Shown here one piece after another: positions 36,096 through 45,964 of a DNA stretch of 64,000 bases (its first letter is position 1; each line of letters starts with the position of its first letter). Both the position numbers and the translations under genes were made by a program. Source of the DNA: Hoeflea sp. (lineage in GTDB: Bacteria; Pseudomonadota; Alphaproteobacteria; Rhizobiales; Rhizobiaceae); the NCBI GenBank assembly GCA_965228785.1, contig CBDDIF010000002.1:1516361-1580360 (forward strand). Direction: 5' to 3'. The notes under the pieces were generated by a model, which saw only the letters and a list, made by a program, of their open reading frames with translations, did not search any database and had not been told where the DNA came from.

Positions 36096-36745
36096 TAGAA
36101 CTTGCCGTATGTCAGGTAGGCCTCTTGGGGATCCATGCCCTGAAGGATCGCTGCCCGCACTTTGCTTTCGGTCTGCATTGCTTCCGCCGACTTCTGTAAG
36201 ATTTCGTCGAGATGTTCGTGCGGGATGCGGACCATTCCGTCGCCATCACCGTGCAGCCAGTCACCGGGTCGGATCAGCACGTCATCGATCATGATGTCGA
36301 CTTCGGTGCCGGTCGGCAGCCACATCCCGACAATGTCCCTGGGCGTATGGTGTGTCCGCCAACAGGCGAAGCCCAGCTTGCGGATGAAATCGCTGTCACG
36401 CAACGCGCCATCCAACACGCAACCAAGCACCTCCTTGCGATGCAGGGTTTCTGCCGAAAGTTCACCCATCTGGGCAATCGCATGAGTATGCGGCTGGGCA
36501 GTCCAGATATGCCCCGGCCTGCATTGCGATAGCAGGCCAGTCCAGGCGAGTAGCGTTTCATGCGGATCAGCTGACTCGTCGATGCGGCCTTCGACTGTAA
36601 AGACCGGCCCGCACAAAGTGTGATCCGGTAGCAGTGGTTTGATGCGCGGAGGCAACGTGAAATTGCGCATATCCATCGCCCGCATGACGTCGTGAATAAC
36701 GCTGGTGTAGCAGGCGCGGAACGGTTCGATGCGCGGATCAGTCAT
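36095..36745 (-). CDS. RraA family protein (HMG/CHA-aldolase-like)
   Basis: 216 aa. ..AQMGELSAETLHRKEVLGCVLDGALRDSDFI.. is the RraA-family core. Confidence 0.7.
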   Translation of the reverse strand: MTDPRIEPFRACYTSVIHDVMRAMDMRNFTLPPRIKPLLPDHTLCGPVFTVEGRIDESADPHETLLAWTGLLSQCRPGHIWTAQPHTHAIAQMGELSAETLHRKEVLGCVLDGALRDSDFIRKLGFACWRTHHTPRDIVGMWLPTGTEVDIMIDDVLIRPGDWLHGDGDGMVRIPHEHLDEILQKSAEAMQTESKVRAAILQGMDPQEAYLTYGKF

Positions 36746-37067
36746 GGTGGAACACTTCCTCCATCATCGCCCACCATTCACCTTTCTGTCGTGTCTCCAA
36801 CGGTACCTGGCAAGGCATGCACACATCCCACCATTCCTGGGTTTTCGGATCAGCCGCCATCAGTGCTGCATCCGCTTCAAAATCCTTACCGACATATTCC
36901 CAGTAGCCGAACAACAGGTTCTCGGGCTCCTTCAGGAAAATCGAATAGTTGGTGATGTTGCATTCGCTGATCTTGGCCAGGATCTCGGGCCACACCGCAG
37001 CGTGCAGGCGTTTGTATTCGGCGACCTTGTCGGCCTGGAGGCCGAGAACCATGCCCATTCTTTGCAT
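36738..37067 (-). CDS. rhaM: L-rhamnose mutarotase
   Basis: MQRMGMVLGLQADKVAEYKRLHAAVWPEILAKISECNITNYSIFLKEPENLLFGYWEYVG is the characteristic RhaM sequence pattern. 109 aa. Confidence 0.8.
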   Translation of the reverse strand: MQRMGMVLGLQADKVAEYKRLHAAVWPEILAKISECNITNYSIFLKEPENLLFGYWEYVGKDFEADAALMAADPKTQEWWDVCMPCQVPLETRQKGEWWAMMEEVFHHD

Positions 37068-37076
37068 TTCATTCTC

Positions 37077-38180
37077 CTATGTGATGGCCCGTGCGTGCGT
37101 TTCGCGGTCATGGATCGCCTGCCAGTCCCAATCGATCCCCAGTCCGGGATCCGCCGGTGGGATCGCATGGCCGTCACGAACGTCGAGCCGCGACGTCGTG
37201 ATGGCGTCGAGTTGTGGAATGTATTCGAGCATCGGCGCATTCGGTACGGCGCAAACCAGGCTGACATGAAGCTCCATGAGAAAATGAGGGCAGATCGAGA
37301 CGTTGAAGGCCTCAGCCATGTGGGCGACCTTTAGCCACGGCGTGATTCCGCCTATACGGGCAACGTCAGCCTGGACAATGGTGCAGGCACGTTGCTGCAG
37401 ATAGTCCTTGAACTGGCTGATCGAATAGAGGCTTTCGCCAACGGCGACCGGCACGCGTGAGTGCCGGTTGAGCGACACGTGAGCACCGATATCGTCGGCC
37501 GGCATCGGCTCTTCGAACCAGCCGATGGAAAGTTCGGCCAGCATATCGGCGCGGCGCATGGCCTCTGACAACGAGAAACATTGATTGGCGTCGGTCAGGA
37601 TCTGATACCGGTCACCGACGGCCTTGCGAACGGCGCTGAGCCGCTCCCTGTCTTCGGCGGCCGTCGGCTTGCCTATTTTGACCTTGGACCCGGCAAATCC
37701 CCGTTCGCGCATTTCAATCGCATCTTCGACAAGACGCTCTGCCGCCAGTTGGAGCCAGCCACCTTCCGTCGAGTAGAGCGGAACGGACTCGCGTGCCCCG
37801 CCGGCCATCCGCCAAAGCGGCAACCCGGCACGCTGACAGCGCAGATCCCAAAGCGCGGTGTCGATGGCAGCCAAAGCCAATGAGGTAATGGCACCGACGG
37901 CCGTGGCATGGGTTGCGAACAGCAGATCGCGCCAGATCGCCTCGATTTCTTCCGCCTCGCGGCCAATCAAACGCGGCGCCAATGTCGTTTCCAGCAGGCT
38001 CAGGATCGCCGGTCCGCCAGTGCCGATCGTATAGCTGTAACCCGTGCCGACAGCTCCATCCGTGTCCGTGATGCGGACAATCGGTGTCTCCTGGCTGACA
38101 AAAGCCTGGATGGCATCGTGTCGCTCGACCTGCGGTTCGAGGTCGACCAGCGACAGCTCGATGCGCTCGATACGCGCCAT
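37077..38180 (-). CDS. Enolase superfamily protein (mandelate racemase/muconate lactonizing enzyme family), acid-sugar dehydratase-like
   Basis: 367 aa. ..KVKIG.. / ILTDANQCF / WFEEPMPADD / VAVGESL / ..ADVARIGGITPW.. are the MR-subgroup motifs. Confidence 0.8.
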   Translation of the reverse strand: MARIERIELSLVDLEPQVERHDAIQAFVSQETPIVRITDTDGAVGTGYSYTIGTGGPAILSLLETTLAPRLIGREAEEIEAIWRDLLFATHATAVGAITSLALAAIDTALWDLRCQRAGLPLWRMAGGARESVPLYSTEGGWLQLAAERLVEDAIEMRERGFAGSKVKIGKPTAAEDRERLSAVRKAVGDRYQILTDANQCFSLSEAMRRADMLAELSIGWFEEPMPADDIGAHVSLNRHSRVPVAVGESLYSISQFKDYLQQRACTIVQADVARIGGITPWLKVAHMAEAFNVSICPHFLMELHVSLVCAVPNAPMLEYIPQLDAITTSRLDVRDGHAIPPADPGLGIDWDWQAIHDRETHARAIT

Positions 38181-39274
38181 CAGTTCAACCTCACCGATTT
38201 CTCGCTGCCGGCATCGAAGAGGTGCAGCTTCTCAAGCGCGATATTGAAGGTCATGCGCTCGCCCTGGGCCACTTCGCGCGGATCGAACATCTTGCCGAGC
38301 ACTTCCTTGCCGGCGATCTGCGTGTAGAGGATGGTCTCGGTGCCGAGCAGCTCCGCAAGATCAACCGACAATTCCATCGATGCTGTGTGCCCGTTTTCGG
38401 CGATGCCGTGACCGCGCGGCGTCAGATCGTCAGGCCGCATGCCCATGACGACACGCTGCCCTGTCTCCACGTTGCTGCGTAACCGCCGTGGCAGTGGAAC
38501 CCCTCGCCCGTCACCGAAAACGATGTCACCATCATCGATGGTGGCCTCGATCAGGTTCATCGGCGGCGATCCGATAAAGCTTGCAACAAATGTGTTGACC
38601 GGGTGGTTGAACACTTCCATCGGCGTTCCGACCTGCTCGATCCAGCCGTCTTTCATGACGACGATGCGGTCGGCCAAGGTCATCGCCTCGACCTGATCAT
38701 GGGTGACATAGACCACCGTGGTCTTGACCTTGCGGTGCAGTTTCTTGATCTCCGTGCGCATCTGCACCCGCAGCTTTGCGTCAAGATTGGACAGCGGCTC
38801 ATCGAACAGGAACGCCTCTGGGTGGCGGACGATCGCCCGCCCCATGGCAACACGTTGGCGCTGGCCACCGGACAGTTCGGCCGGCGTGCGGTCCATGAGT
38901 TCCTGCAAGCCGAGGATCTCCGCCGCCTCTGCGACCCGCTCCTGGACGACGGCGTCCGGTTGCTTGGCGATCTTCAGACCGAAACCGAGGTTTTCGCGCA
39001 CGCTCATATGCGGATAAAGCGCGTAGTTCTGAAACACCATTGAGATGTTGCGCTTGCGCGGCGGCAGGTCGTTGACCACTTCCGGACCGATGGAGATGGT
39101 GCCGCCGGATATCTCCTCCAACCCGGCGATCATCCGCAAGGTTGTCGACTTGCCGCAACCGGACGGGCCCACCAGCACCACGAACTCGTTGTGAGCAATG
39201 TCAAGGTCGATACCGTGCACCACCTCCAGGCGGCCATAGTTCTTAACGACGTTTTCAAGCCTGATTTCAGCCAT
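38180..39274 (-). CDS. Carbohydrate ABC transporter ATP-binding protein (UgpC/MalK type)
   Basis: Walker A GPSGCGKST, signature LSGGQRQRVAMGRAI, and a C-terminal MalK-like regulatory domain. Confidence 0.9.
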   Translation of the reverse strand: MAEIRLENVVKNYGRLEVVHGIDLDIAHNEFVVLVGPSGCGKSTTLRMIAGLEEISGGTISIGPEVVNDLPPRKRNISMVFQNYALYPHMSVRENLGFGLKIAKQPDAVVQERVAEAAEILGLQELMDRTPAELSGGQRQRVAMGRAIVRHPEAFLFDEPLSNLDAKLRVQMRTEIKKLHRKVKTTVVYVTHDQVEAMTLADRIVVMKDGWIEQVGTPMEVFNHPVNTFVASFIGSPPMNLIEATIDDGDIVFGDGRGVPLPRRLRSNVETGQRVVMGMRPDDLTPRGHGIAENGHTASMELSVDLAELLGTETILYTQIAGKEVLGKMFDPREVAQGERMTFNIALEKLHLFDAGSEKSVRLN

Positions 39275-39276
39275 GT

Positions 39277-40134
39277 CTATCCCTTGACCCCGCCGAAGGT
39301 GAGGCCACTGATCAAATGTTTCTGAACGATGAAAGTGAGAATGAGTGCCGGGATGATGATGATCACCGCCATCGCGGACATGCCGGCCCAGTCGATGGTG
39401 AACTGAGCTGTGAAATCCATCAGGCCGACCGGCAGGGTCTTGCTGTCTGTCGACCGGGTCAGCTGACTGGCCAGCGCATATTCGTTCCAGGACGTGAGGA
39501 ACGCAAAGATGGCGGCCGATGCGATGCCCGATTTTGCCAGCGGAAATTCAATGCGCCAGAAGGCTTGCCAACGTGTGCAACCATCAACCTGCGCGGCTTC
39601 CGACATTTCCTTCGGAATCTGCCTGAAGAAGCCGTCGATCAGCCAGATGGTGAACGGCACATTGAGAGCCACATAGACGATGATGAGACCCGGGCGGGTG
39701 TCGATCAGCCCGATGCGGCTCCAGATCATGAACACCGGCAGAGACAGGGCAATGCCGGGCACCGTGCGCGACAGCATCAGTCCCAGAAATAGCGTATCCT
39801 TGAACTTGAAGCGAAAGCGCGCGAAGGCGTATCCGCCGGACATGCCGATCAGGATGGCAATCGCCGTGCTGGTCAGGGCGATGATCAGTGAATTGGAAAA
39901 ATAGGCGGGCACCGGAATGGCCACCTGTTCGGCGCCGAAGCCGAATATCTGTGCGAAGTTGTTGAGGGACAGCTCCTCCGGGATCCAGACTGCCGGCTTG
40001 GCCAGAACCTCGCGATTGGGCCGAAATCCGGTAAGGACGACCCACAGCCCCGGCACGCAGATGACCAGCATCAGCAGAAAGGTCAGCACCCAGGAAACGG
40101 CCTTGCCAATGCGTTTTCTCGTATGGCTCGACAT
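39277..40134 (-). CDS. Carbohydrate ABC transporter permease (CUT1, MalG-like)
   Basis: The ATG at 40134 (MSSHTRKRIGKAVSWVL..) overlaps the upstream permease stop. The ORF-track extension to 40533 is rejected. Confidence 0.85.
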   Translation of the reverse strand: MSSHTRKRIGKAVSWVLTFLLMLVICVPGLWVVLTGFRPNREVLAKPAVWIPEELSLNNFAQIFGFGAEQVAIPVPAYFSNSLIIALTSTAIAILIGMSGGYAFARFRFKFKDTLFLGLMLSRTVPGIALSLPVFMIWSRIGLIDTRPGLIIVYVALNVPFTIWLIDGFFRQIPKEMSEAAQVDGCTRWQAFWRIEFPLAKSGIASAAIFAFLTSWNEYALASQLTRSTDSKTLPVGLMDFTAQFTIDWAGMSAMAVIIIIPALILTFIVQKHLISGLTFGGVKG

Positions 40135-41117
40135 CAATCCGCACCCCCCATATACCGGCGCGCGGCAATCAGCTTGCGGAAGAAATAGTAGGTGAAGGCG
40201 ATCGACAGCAGGATCGACACATAGGCCATGGCGTTGGCCTGGCCCATGCGTGAATTGTCGTAACCGACACGGGCGATCATGGTCCACAGGAGCTCGGTGC
40301 GGCCTGCCGGACCGCCACCGGTCATGACATCGACGATATCGTAGGCGCGCGCGACATCGAGCGAGCGGATTGTCATGGCAATGAAGGCAAAGGGCATGAG
40401 GAACGGCAGTGTGATGTGGCGAAAGACCTGCCACGGATTGCAGCCGTCCACCTTCGCCGCCTCCAGCGGATCGCGAGGCATGGCAAACAGGCCAGCCAGC
40501 AGCAGGATCGCGAAGATGGATGTGCTCATCCACACTTCGGCAAAAATGATTGAGAACATGGCCAGATGCTTGTCGACCAACCAGGGAATGGCGCCGTCAC
40601 TCAGACCCAGCGCCTGCAGGGCGTTGTTCAGAATGCCGATATTGTCATTAAAGATGAATTTGAACTGGTAGCCGACGAGAATGGGTGAGAACATCATCGG
40701 GAACATCATGATCGTGCGCAACGTACGCTGACCCCAGGTGATCCGGTTGATCAAAAGGGCGATGCCAAGACCGAAGAGGAATTCCAGGTTGAGCGCGATC
40801 GTCAGGAAGAGCACCGTGCGGCCGAACGCGACCCAGAAATCGTAATCCGTGAAAATGCGTTCGTAATTGCGGAACCCGACCCAGTTGTACAGGCTGTCGG
40901 GCCGGATCAGCCGGTAGCCGGTAAAGCTTGTATAGAGCGAGAACAGCAATGGTATCAGAACAACCAGCAGAATCGTGATGATCGCCGGCGACAGCAGCAG
41001 AAGCGGCGTGAATCGCTCACGCCGCCAACGGCGCCTGGCAGGTTTTGCCGTTGCGCCTTTTGGTTCGGAATGGCCGCCGGCGGAAGCCGACTGCCAATCG
41101 CCTTGTGCTTCGGACAC
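40134..41117 (-). CDS. Carbohydrate ABC transporter permease (CUT1, MalF-like)
   Basis: 327-aa polytopic ORF; ..EAAKVDGCNPWQVFRHITLPFL.. is the EAA loop. Confidence 0.85.
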   Translation of the reverse strand: MSEAQGDWQSASAGGHSEPKGATAKPARRRWRRERFTPLLLLSPAIITILLVVLIPLLFSLYTSFTGYRLIRPDSLYNWVGFRNYERIFTDYDFWVAFGRTVLFLTIALNLEFLFGLGIALLINRITWGQRTLRTIMMFPMMFSPILVGYQFKFIFNDNIGILNNALQALGLSDGAIPWLVDKHLAMFSIIFAEVWMSTSIFAILLLAGLFAMPRDPLEAAKVDGCNPWQVFRHITLPFLMPFAFIAMTIRSLDVARAYDIVDVMTGGGPAGRTELLWTMIARVGYDNSRMGQANAMAYVSILLSIAFTYYFFRKLIAARRYMGGAD

Positions 41118-42448
41118 TAGAGGTAACCTGCGTCTTCCATCACTTCACGGGCCGATTCGGCTGCCTCGTCGAGAGCCTCCTGCGGCGTCATTTCGCCAAG
41201 AATGGCAGCCTGCAACCGCGGCCACAACTCATTCGACACCTCGATCCACGGCGCAATGAGCGGCGGCGTGAACGCGTCCTCGGCCATCGATTGGGCGTAG
41301 GTCTCGAAGACCAGCACCATGAAATCGTTGCCGGCATCGTTGAATTCGCCAATGGCCTCATCCCAGACCTTGCCGCGCGTCGGCAACAGACCCTTGCGGG
41401 CCTCGATCATCTGCCGCTCATGTGAGGTCAGGAAGCTGATGAAGGATGCAGCGGCCTCCTTGTTGTCACAGCTGTCGGTGATCGAGAAGGTATGGCTGCC
41501 GGACCAGCCGGAACGCTTGCCGCCAGATCCGACAGGAGCACGCACCAGTCCAATGTCTCCAGCGACCTTGGAGTTCGCCGGATCGTTGAAGAACGAGGCC
41601 CAGCCGGCCCAGTCCAGGTTCAGAGCAACCGTGCCGGAGGCAAAGCCGAGGCCGGTATCGTCCCACAGATAATTGAGCACGCCAGCGGGAACGGCCTTGG
41701 CGTCGTAGAGGTCCTTGAACCATTGAACAGCGCGAACACCGGCTTCGGAGTTGAATGTGGGGTTCCAGTTTTCGTCGAAGAGCTGACCGCCTTCGGCAAC
41801 GAGCAGTTCATAGAAGCGACCGGTGATCGCTTCATCCTTGCCGACATATTGCGTGCCGAAGAACTCCGGTGCATTGGCGAAGAAGATCGCGTGATCCTTG
41901 AACTGATTCCAGGTTTCAGGCGGCGCCAAATCGTAGCCGTGTTTTTCCTTGAACCGGTCCTTGTTGCCCTGATCGGCGTAGAGCGATTTCTTGTAGTAGA
42001 GATTGGAAATGTCGGAGTGGCGCGGCAGCTGGACCAGCCGGCCGTCGACGGTGGAGTTTGCAAGCGCCAGAGATTGGAACTCGGCCAGGGTTGCTTCCGG
42101 GATAACACCGTTCAGGTCGATGTAGATCGTGCCGTATTGCGGCGCAAAGCTGGTGTGGTTGGAGCCGACGCACCAGTCGAGCGTGCCGGCTGCGATGTCC
42201 TGCTTGATTTCGCGGTCCAGCTCGAAGTGGTTCTTGCGCGACAGCACATCGACTTTGGCGCCGGTCATCTCCTCCCACTTTTCGATTTCCGCGTAGAGCG
42301 GCTCATACTGTGCACCGCCGATCAGTTTGACGCGCAGGGTATAGCCATCGAAGTTGCCGTAATCGATGTCCTCGGCAAGTGTCGCTCCGGTCATCAGCAA
42401 TGGCAGCGCAGTGGCAGCGGCCAGCATTTTCAGGCGTTGGTGTTTCAT
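41117..42448 (-). CDS. Carbohydrate ABC transporter substrate-binding protein (CUT1)
   Basis: ATG at 42448 preceded by AAGGAGGA. Signal peptide MKHQRLKMLAAATALPLLMTGATLA. Confidence 0.85.
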   Translation of the reverse strand: MKHQRLKMLAAATALPLLMTGATLAEDIDYGNFDGYTLRVKLIGGAQYEPLYAEIEKWEEMTGAKVDVLSRKNHFELDREIKQDIAAGTLDWCVGSNHTSFAPQYGTIYIDLNGVIPEATLAEFQSLALANSTVDGRLVQLPRHSDISNLYYKKSLYADQGNKDRFKEKHGYDLAPPETWNQFKDHAIFFANAPEFFGTQYVGKDEAITGRFYELLVAEGGQLFDENWNPTFNSEAGVRAVQWFKDLYDAKAVPAGVLNYLWDDTGLGFASGTVALNLDWAGWASFFNDPANSKVAGDIGLVRAPVGSGGKRSGWSGSHTFSITDSCDNKEAAASFISFLTSHERQMIEARKGLLPTRGKVWDEAIGEFNDAGNDFMVLVFETYAQSMAEDAFTPPLIAPWIEVSNELWPRLQAAILGEMTPQEALDEAAESAREVMEDAGYL

Positions 42449-42464
42449 CTTATCCTCCTTGTGA

Positions 42465-43688
42465 TCAAACAGTTGCGTTGTGGTGTCGGGCAGTGGCGCC
42501 GGTGTCATCACCGCTCTGCCCCGCTCTCAGCTCGGCGAAGACCGCCTGCGTATGCTGTCCGAGCTCCGGTGCAGCCACCGGAGATTTCAATGTTGACCCG
42601 TCGACACGGATCGGACCGCGCAGCGCTTTCAGCTCGAGATGGGCGTTGCGACGGATCGTCTGCTCGAAATCCATCAGACGGAAGGCCTCGCTCTGCAGCA
42701 TTTCATGCCAATCCAGCACCTCGGAACACCAGATGTCGGCCGGTTGCAGCACCGACAGCCAATCGGCCGTGCTCCGTTGACGAATACGATCGGCGAGAAC
42801 CGTTTTGATGTGGTCGCGGTGCGCCAGCAGTGCGTTCTTGTCATCGTAGAAGATTTCGAGCCCCTCGACGTCGAGAAGTTCCGCAAGCGTCTTCAGCGAC
42901 GGCGTCATGGCGAGCGCAAGATGACCATCCGTCGTTTCGTAAACGCCGTAGGGCGCCCCGAGATAGGCATGGGCGCCATTGACGCTACTGCGTTTTGGCA
43001 GGCGCCCACCGTCGTTCAGGTGGGTGGTCAGGACCTCGAACTGGAAATCAATCATCGCCTCGAAAAGGCTGGTCTCGACCAGAGCACCACGGCCGTGCAG
43101 ACCTCGGCCTACGAGAGCCGCAAGGATCCCCTGCGCGAGGGCATTGCCCGCCAGCATATCGGCGACGGCAAGTCCCATCGGCATCGGTGGATCGTCTCGG
43201 CTGCCGGTCAGCCACAGCAGACCGGCACGCGCCTGGGCAAGGAGATCCTGGCCGGGCAAATCCTTCCAGGGCCCCTCCTCTCCGTATCCCGAGATCGACC
43301 CGTAGACGATACGCGGATTGATCGCTTTGACGGCGTCGTAACTGAAACCCTGACGCTCGATCACCCCGGGCCGGAAATTCTGGATCATCACGTCAGCGGT
43401 GGTCAGCAGATCGACCAGCCTCTGCCGGTCGGCTTCGTCACGCAGATCGGCGGTGACGCTTTCCTTGTTGCGGTTGATGGCGTGGAACAACGAATTGTCA
43501 CCGTCGATGTCGACATCAGAGAGATAGAGATAGCGGCACAGGTCGCCGACACCCGGACGCTCGATCTTGATCACCCTGGCGCCGAGGTCGGCCAGCCGGA
43601 GGCTGCAAACCGGGCCCGACAGGAACTGGCTGAAATCAATGACCGTCAGTCCGTCAAGCGGCCGTTGGGATTGCGGCAGGTCTCTCAT
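42465..43688 (-). CDS. CoA transferase, family III (CaiB/BaiF)
   Basis: ..LDGLTVIDFSQFLSGPVCSLRLADLGARVIKIERP.. is the canonical CaiB/BaiF N-terminus. 407 aa. Confidence 0.85.
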   Translation of the reverse strand: MRDLPQSQRPLDGLTVIDFSQFLSGPVCSLRLADLGARVIKIERPGVGDLCRYLYLSDVDIDGDNSLFHAINRNKESVTADLRDEADRQRLVDLLTTADVMIQNFRPGVIERQGFSYDAVKAINPRIVYGSISGYGEEGPWKDLPGQDLLAQARAGLLWLTGSRDDPPMPMGLAVADMLAGNALAQGILAALVGRGLHGRGALVETSLFEAMIDFQFEVLTTHLNDGGRLPKRSSVNGAHAYLGAPYGVYETTDGHLALAMTPSLKTLAELLDVEGLEIFYDDKNALLAHRDHIKTVLADRIRQRSTADWLSVLQPADIWCSEVLDWHEMLQSEAFRLMDFEQTIRRNAHLELKALRGPIRVDGSTLKSPVAAPELGQHTQAVFAELRAGQSGDDTGATARHHNATV

Positions 43689-44824
43689 GTGCGACTCTCC
43701 CGGTAGGCCGCGTCGAGCCGGTCGAGCGCGGTTTCCACATCGATATCGCCGGTGAGGCAGGCATGGAGAATGTCGCCGCCCCTGTCCTGGAAACCCATGT
43801 AGCCGTCATATCGAGGCCGCAACCAGGCGGTTTCGAGCGTTTCGCGCGTGTTGGCGAAAAAGTCCCGGCTGGCTGCATTGCAGGCGGGGTCTTCCCAGGC
43901 AACGGCATTACCGGGCTGGCCGCCGGATTTGAAATAGAGGCCCGCCTGGCACTCGGCGCCAGCAACCCAGAAGGCATAGTCGGCGGCGACCTCGCGCTTG
44001 GGAGACGAGGCCGAGACCGCGATCCCGGTGCCGCCGATGACCGTGCCACGCGGGCCGTTTTCGCCGAGGCCGGGGGCGTTGGCGAAAACCAGAGGAAATC
44101 TGCAATAACCGTCACGGCTGTAATTCGTATAGCCGTAGCCGAACGGCGAATAGGCCGGTCCCTCGGCACTGCGACCCATCCAGTCGAGAATTCCGATCGG
44201 ATCGAGCGTCAGACACTTCGGGTCGATCAGTGCCACAATCTCGCGCATCAGCTCAAGAACTCGCCGCCCTTCCTTGCGATCGACAAACCGATCTGGCGCC
44301 TCGGCTAAGGCAAGCTCGATATTGCGGGCAAGGCCAAAGAAGGTCATCAGGGCATTGATCGGAATGAGCGCAAAGGCGACACGACCCGACCGTGCCAGCT
44401 GCAACACCTCGTCCCACCGTGCCGGCGGCCGTTCCAACAGATCTGGGCGATAGGCGGCAACCGGGGTCGCCGCATCTATGGCAAGCGCCCATTGATGGCC
44501 GTCGAATTCGTAGGAGCGATGCGAGACGCCGACGGTCTGCTCCGCAAGTTTGGCCATCTCAGCCTCACGGCCGAGTGTATCCAGAGCCAGAAGCTGGCCG
44601 CTGCGGGCGACCTCGCCAACATGCGGATGGTCGATGACCATCAGATCGTAGGTTCCGGCCATCTCCTCGATCGGTCGATCCGCGAAAGCCTGCAGGGACC
44701 GCTTCTCCCACTGGATCGCAACGCCCGGATTCCGACGGCCGTATTCGAGACCCGTGGCAACCATCGGGTCGAAGCCACGGCTGTGGTCCCAGGTCATGCC
44801 GCGCAAGGTCACCGCTTCAGCCAT
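43685..44824 (-). CDS. Periplasmic-binding-protein-like (type 2 SBP fold) protein without a signal peptide
   Basis: Starts MAEAVTLRGMTWDHSRGFDPM.. with no hydrophobic leader. The overall pattern resembles extracellular solute-binding family 1 proteins. It overlaps the CaiB start by 4 nt. Confidence 0.55.
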   Translation of the reverse strand: MAEAVTLRGMTWDHSRGFDPMVATGLEYGRRNPGVAIQWEKRSLQAFADRPIEEMAGTYDLMVIDHPHVGEVARSGQLLALDTLGREAEMAKLAEQTVGVSHRSYEFDGHQWALAIDAATPVAAYRPDLLERPPARWDEVLQLARSGRVAFALIPINALMTFFGLARNIELALAEAPDRFVDRKEGRRVLELMREIVALIDPKCLTLDPIGILDWMGRSAEGPAYSPFGYGYTNYSRDGYCRFPLVFANAPGLGENGPRGTVIGGTGIAVSASSPKREVAADYAFWVAGAECQAGLYFKSGGQPGNAVAWEDPACNAASRDFFANTRETLETAWLRPRYDGYMGFQDRGGDILHACLTGDIDVETALDRLDAAYRESRT

Positions 44825-44825
44825 G

Positions 44826-45380
44826 TCAGACCTGTGCCTCAACAGCGGCAACTTTATCGGCATAGGTTGACGGATCGCGGTAAAGCGCCGTCATTAGGTG
44901 CTCGCAGTAGAGCACAATCTCCCCGTCTCCCTTGAACACCGAATAGCTGACTTTGACCTTTCCCATCTCGGCGTTCTTAACCTCCTTTGAGAGGTTCTCG
45001 CGGATGGTATAGATGGTATCGCCGATGAACACCGGAGCGATGAAGCGCAGCCGGTCATAACCATAGGAAAACGAGTTCAGGCAGTTGGTTGCGGCCAGAC
45101 CAAGCCCGTAGGAGAAAACCTGCGCACCGGCAACGAGGCGCTTGCCGAACACGCCTTCCTTCTCGGCAAAACCCTGATCGGCAACGTAGGGATGGAAGTC
45201 GAGCACCAGCGAGTTGAACAGCATCGCCTCGCCTTCCGATATGGTGCGACGGATCGACCGGATTTTGTCGCCCACCTCGAAATCCTCGAAATACCAATCC
45301 TCGGCATTCCAAACCGGTATTTGCGAATGGTCGTCTGGCATGCCCGGCAGGGCGCGTGCGTGGACTCCGATCTCCGCCAT
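44826..45380 (-). CDS. MaoC family dehydratase (hotdog fold)
   Basis: ATG at 45380 with a GGGGAGGAAAG RBS. ..[32 protein letters not shown].. is a MaoC-like pattern. Confidence 0.75.
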   Translation of the reverse strand: MAEIGVHARALPGMPDDHSQIPVWNAEDWYFEDFEVGDKIRSIRRTISEGEAMLFNSLVLDFHPYVADQGFAEKEGVFGKRLVAGAQVFSYGLGLAATNCLNSFSYGYDRLRFIAPVFIGDTIYTIRENLSKEVKNAEMGKVKVSYSVFKGDGEIVLYCEHLMTALYRDPSTYADKVAAVEAQV

Positions 45381-45511
45381 CTTTCCTCCCCGGGGTTTCG
45401 GATTGTCCAGCAAAGCATTCACAATTGCCTTTCATTAGTCAAATGATTTTGTATATATGAAATAGAAAATTTGTTCAGAGGCGTCTGCCACGCGGCAGCC
45501 GGGGAGGAAAA

Positions 45512-45964
45512 ATGGAGCAGGAACAATATTTTGAGGATTATGTGGAGGGCGCTCACCGGGACACTCTTGGCCGCACGATCACGGAGGCGGACATCGTTTT
45601 CCACGCAGGTCACAGCGGAGATTTCTTCCCGCACCACATGGATGCTGTTTGGTGCAGCACCCAGCCATTCGGTGAACGAGTGGCTCACGGCACCATGACC
45701 TTTGCGATCGGAATCGGCCTGACCGCTACAGTCATCAATCCGCGCGCATTCACCTATGGCTACGAGCGGCTGCGCTTTCCAAAACCGGTCTACGCCGGCG
45801 ATACTATCCGAACGCGTGTTACCATCGGTGAAAGGGCCGAGGATCCGAAGCGGCCGGGTTTCGGCCGGGTTGTCGAAATCTGCGAGACCACAAAACAGGA
45901 TGGGTCGACAGTCATGTATTGCGAACACATTCTGCTAGTGGAAATGAGGAATCGAGACAAATGA
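45512..45964 (+). CDS. MaoC family dehydratase (hotdog fold)
   Basis: ..RTITEADIVFHAGHSGDFFPHHMD.. and ..YAGDTIRTRVTI.. are MaoC-like. Divergent from the other hotdog gene. Confidence 0.75.
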   Translation: MEQEQYFEDYVEGAHRDTLGRTITEADIVFHAGHSGDFFPHHMDAVWCSTQPFGERVAHGTMTFAIGIGLTATVINPRAFTYGYERLRFPKPVYAGDTIRTRVTIGERAEDPKRPGFGRVVEICETTKQDGSTVMYCEHILLVEMRNRDK

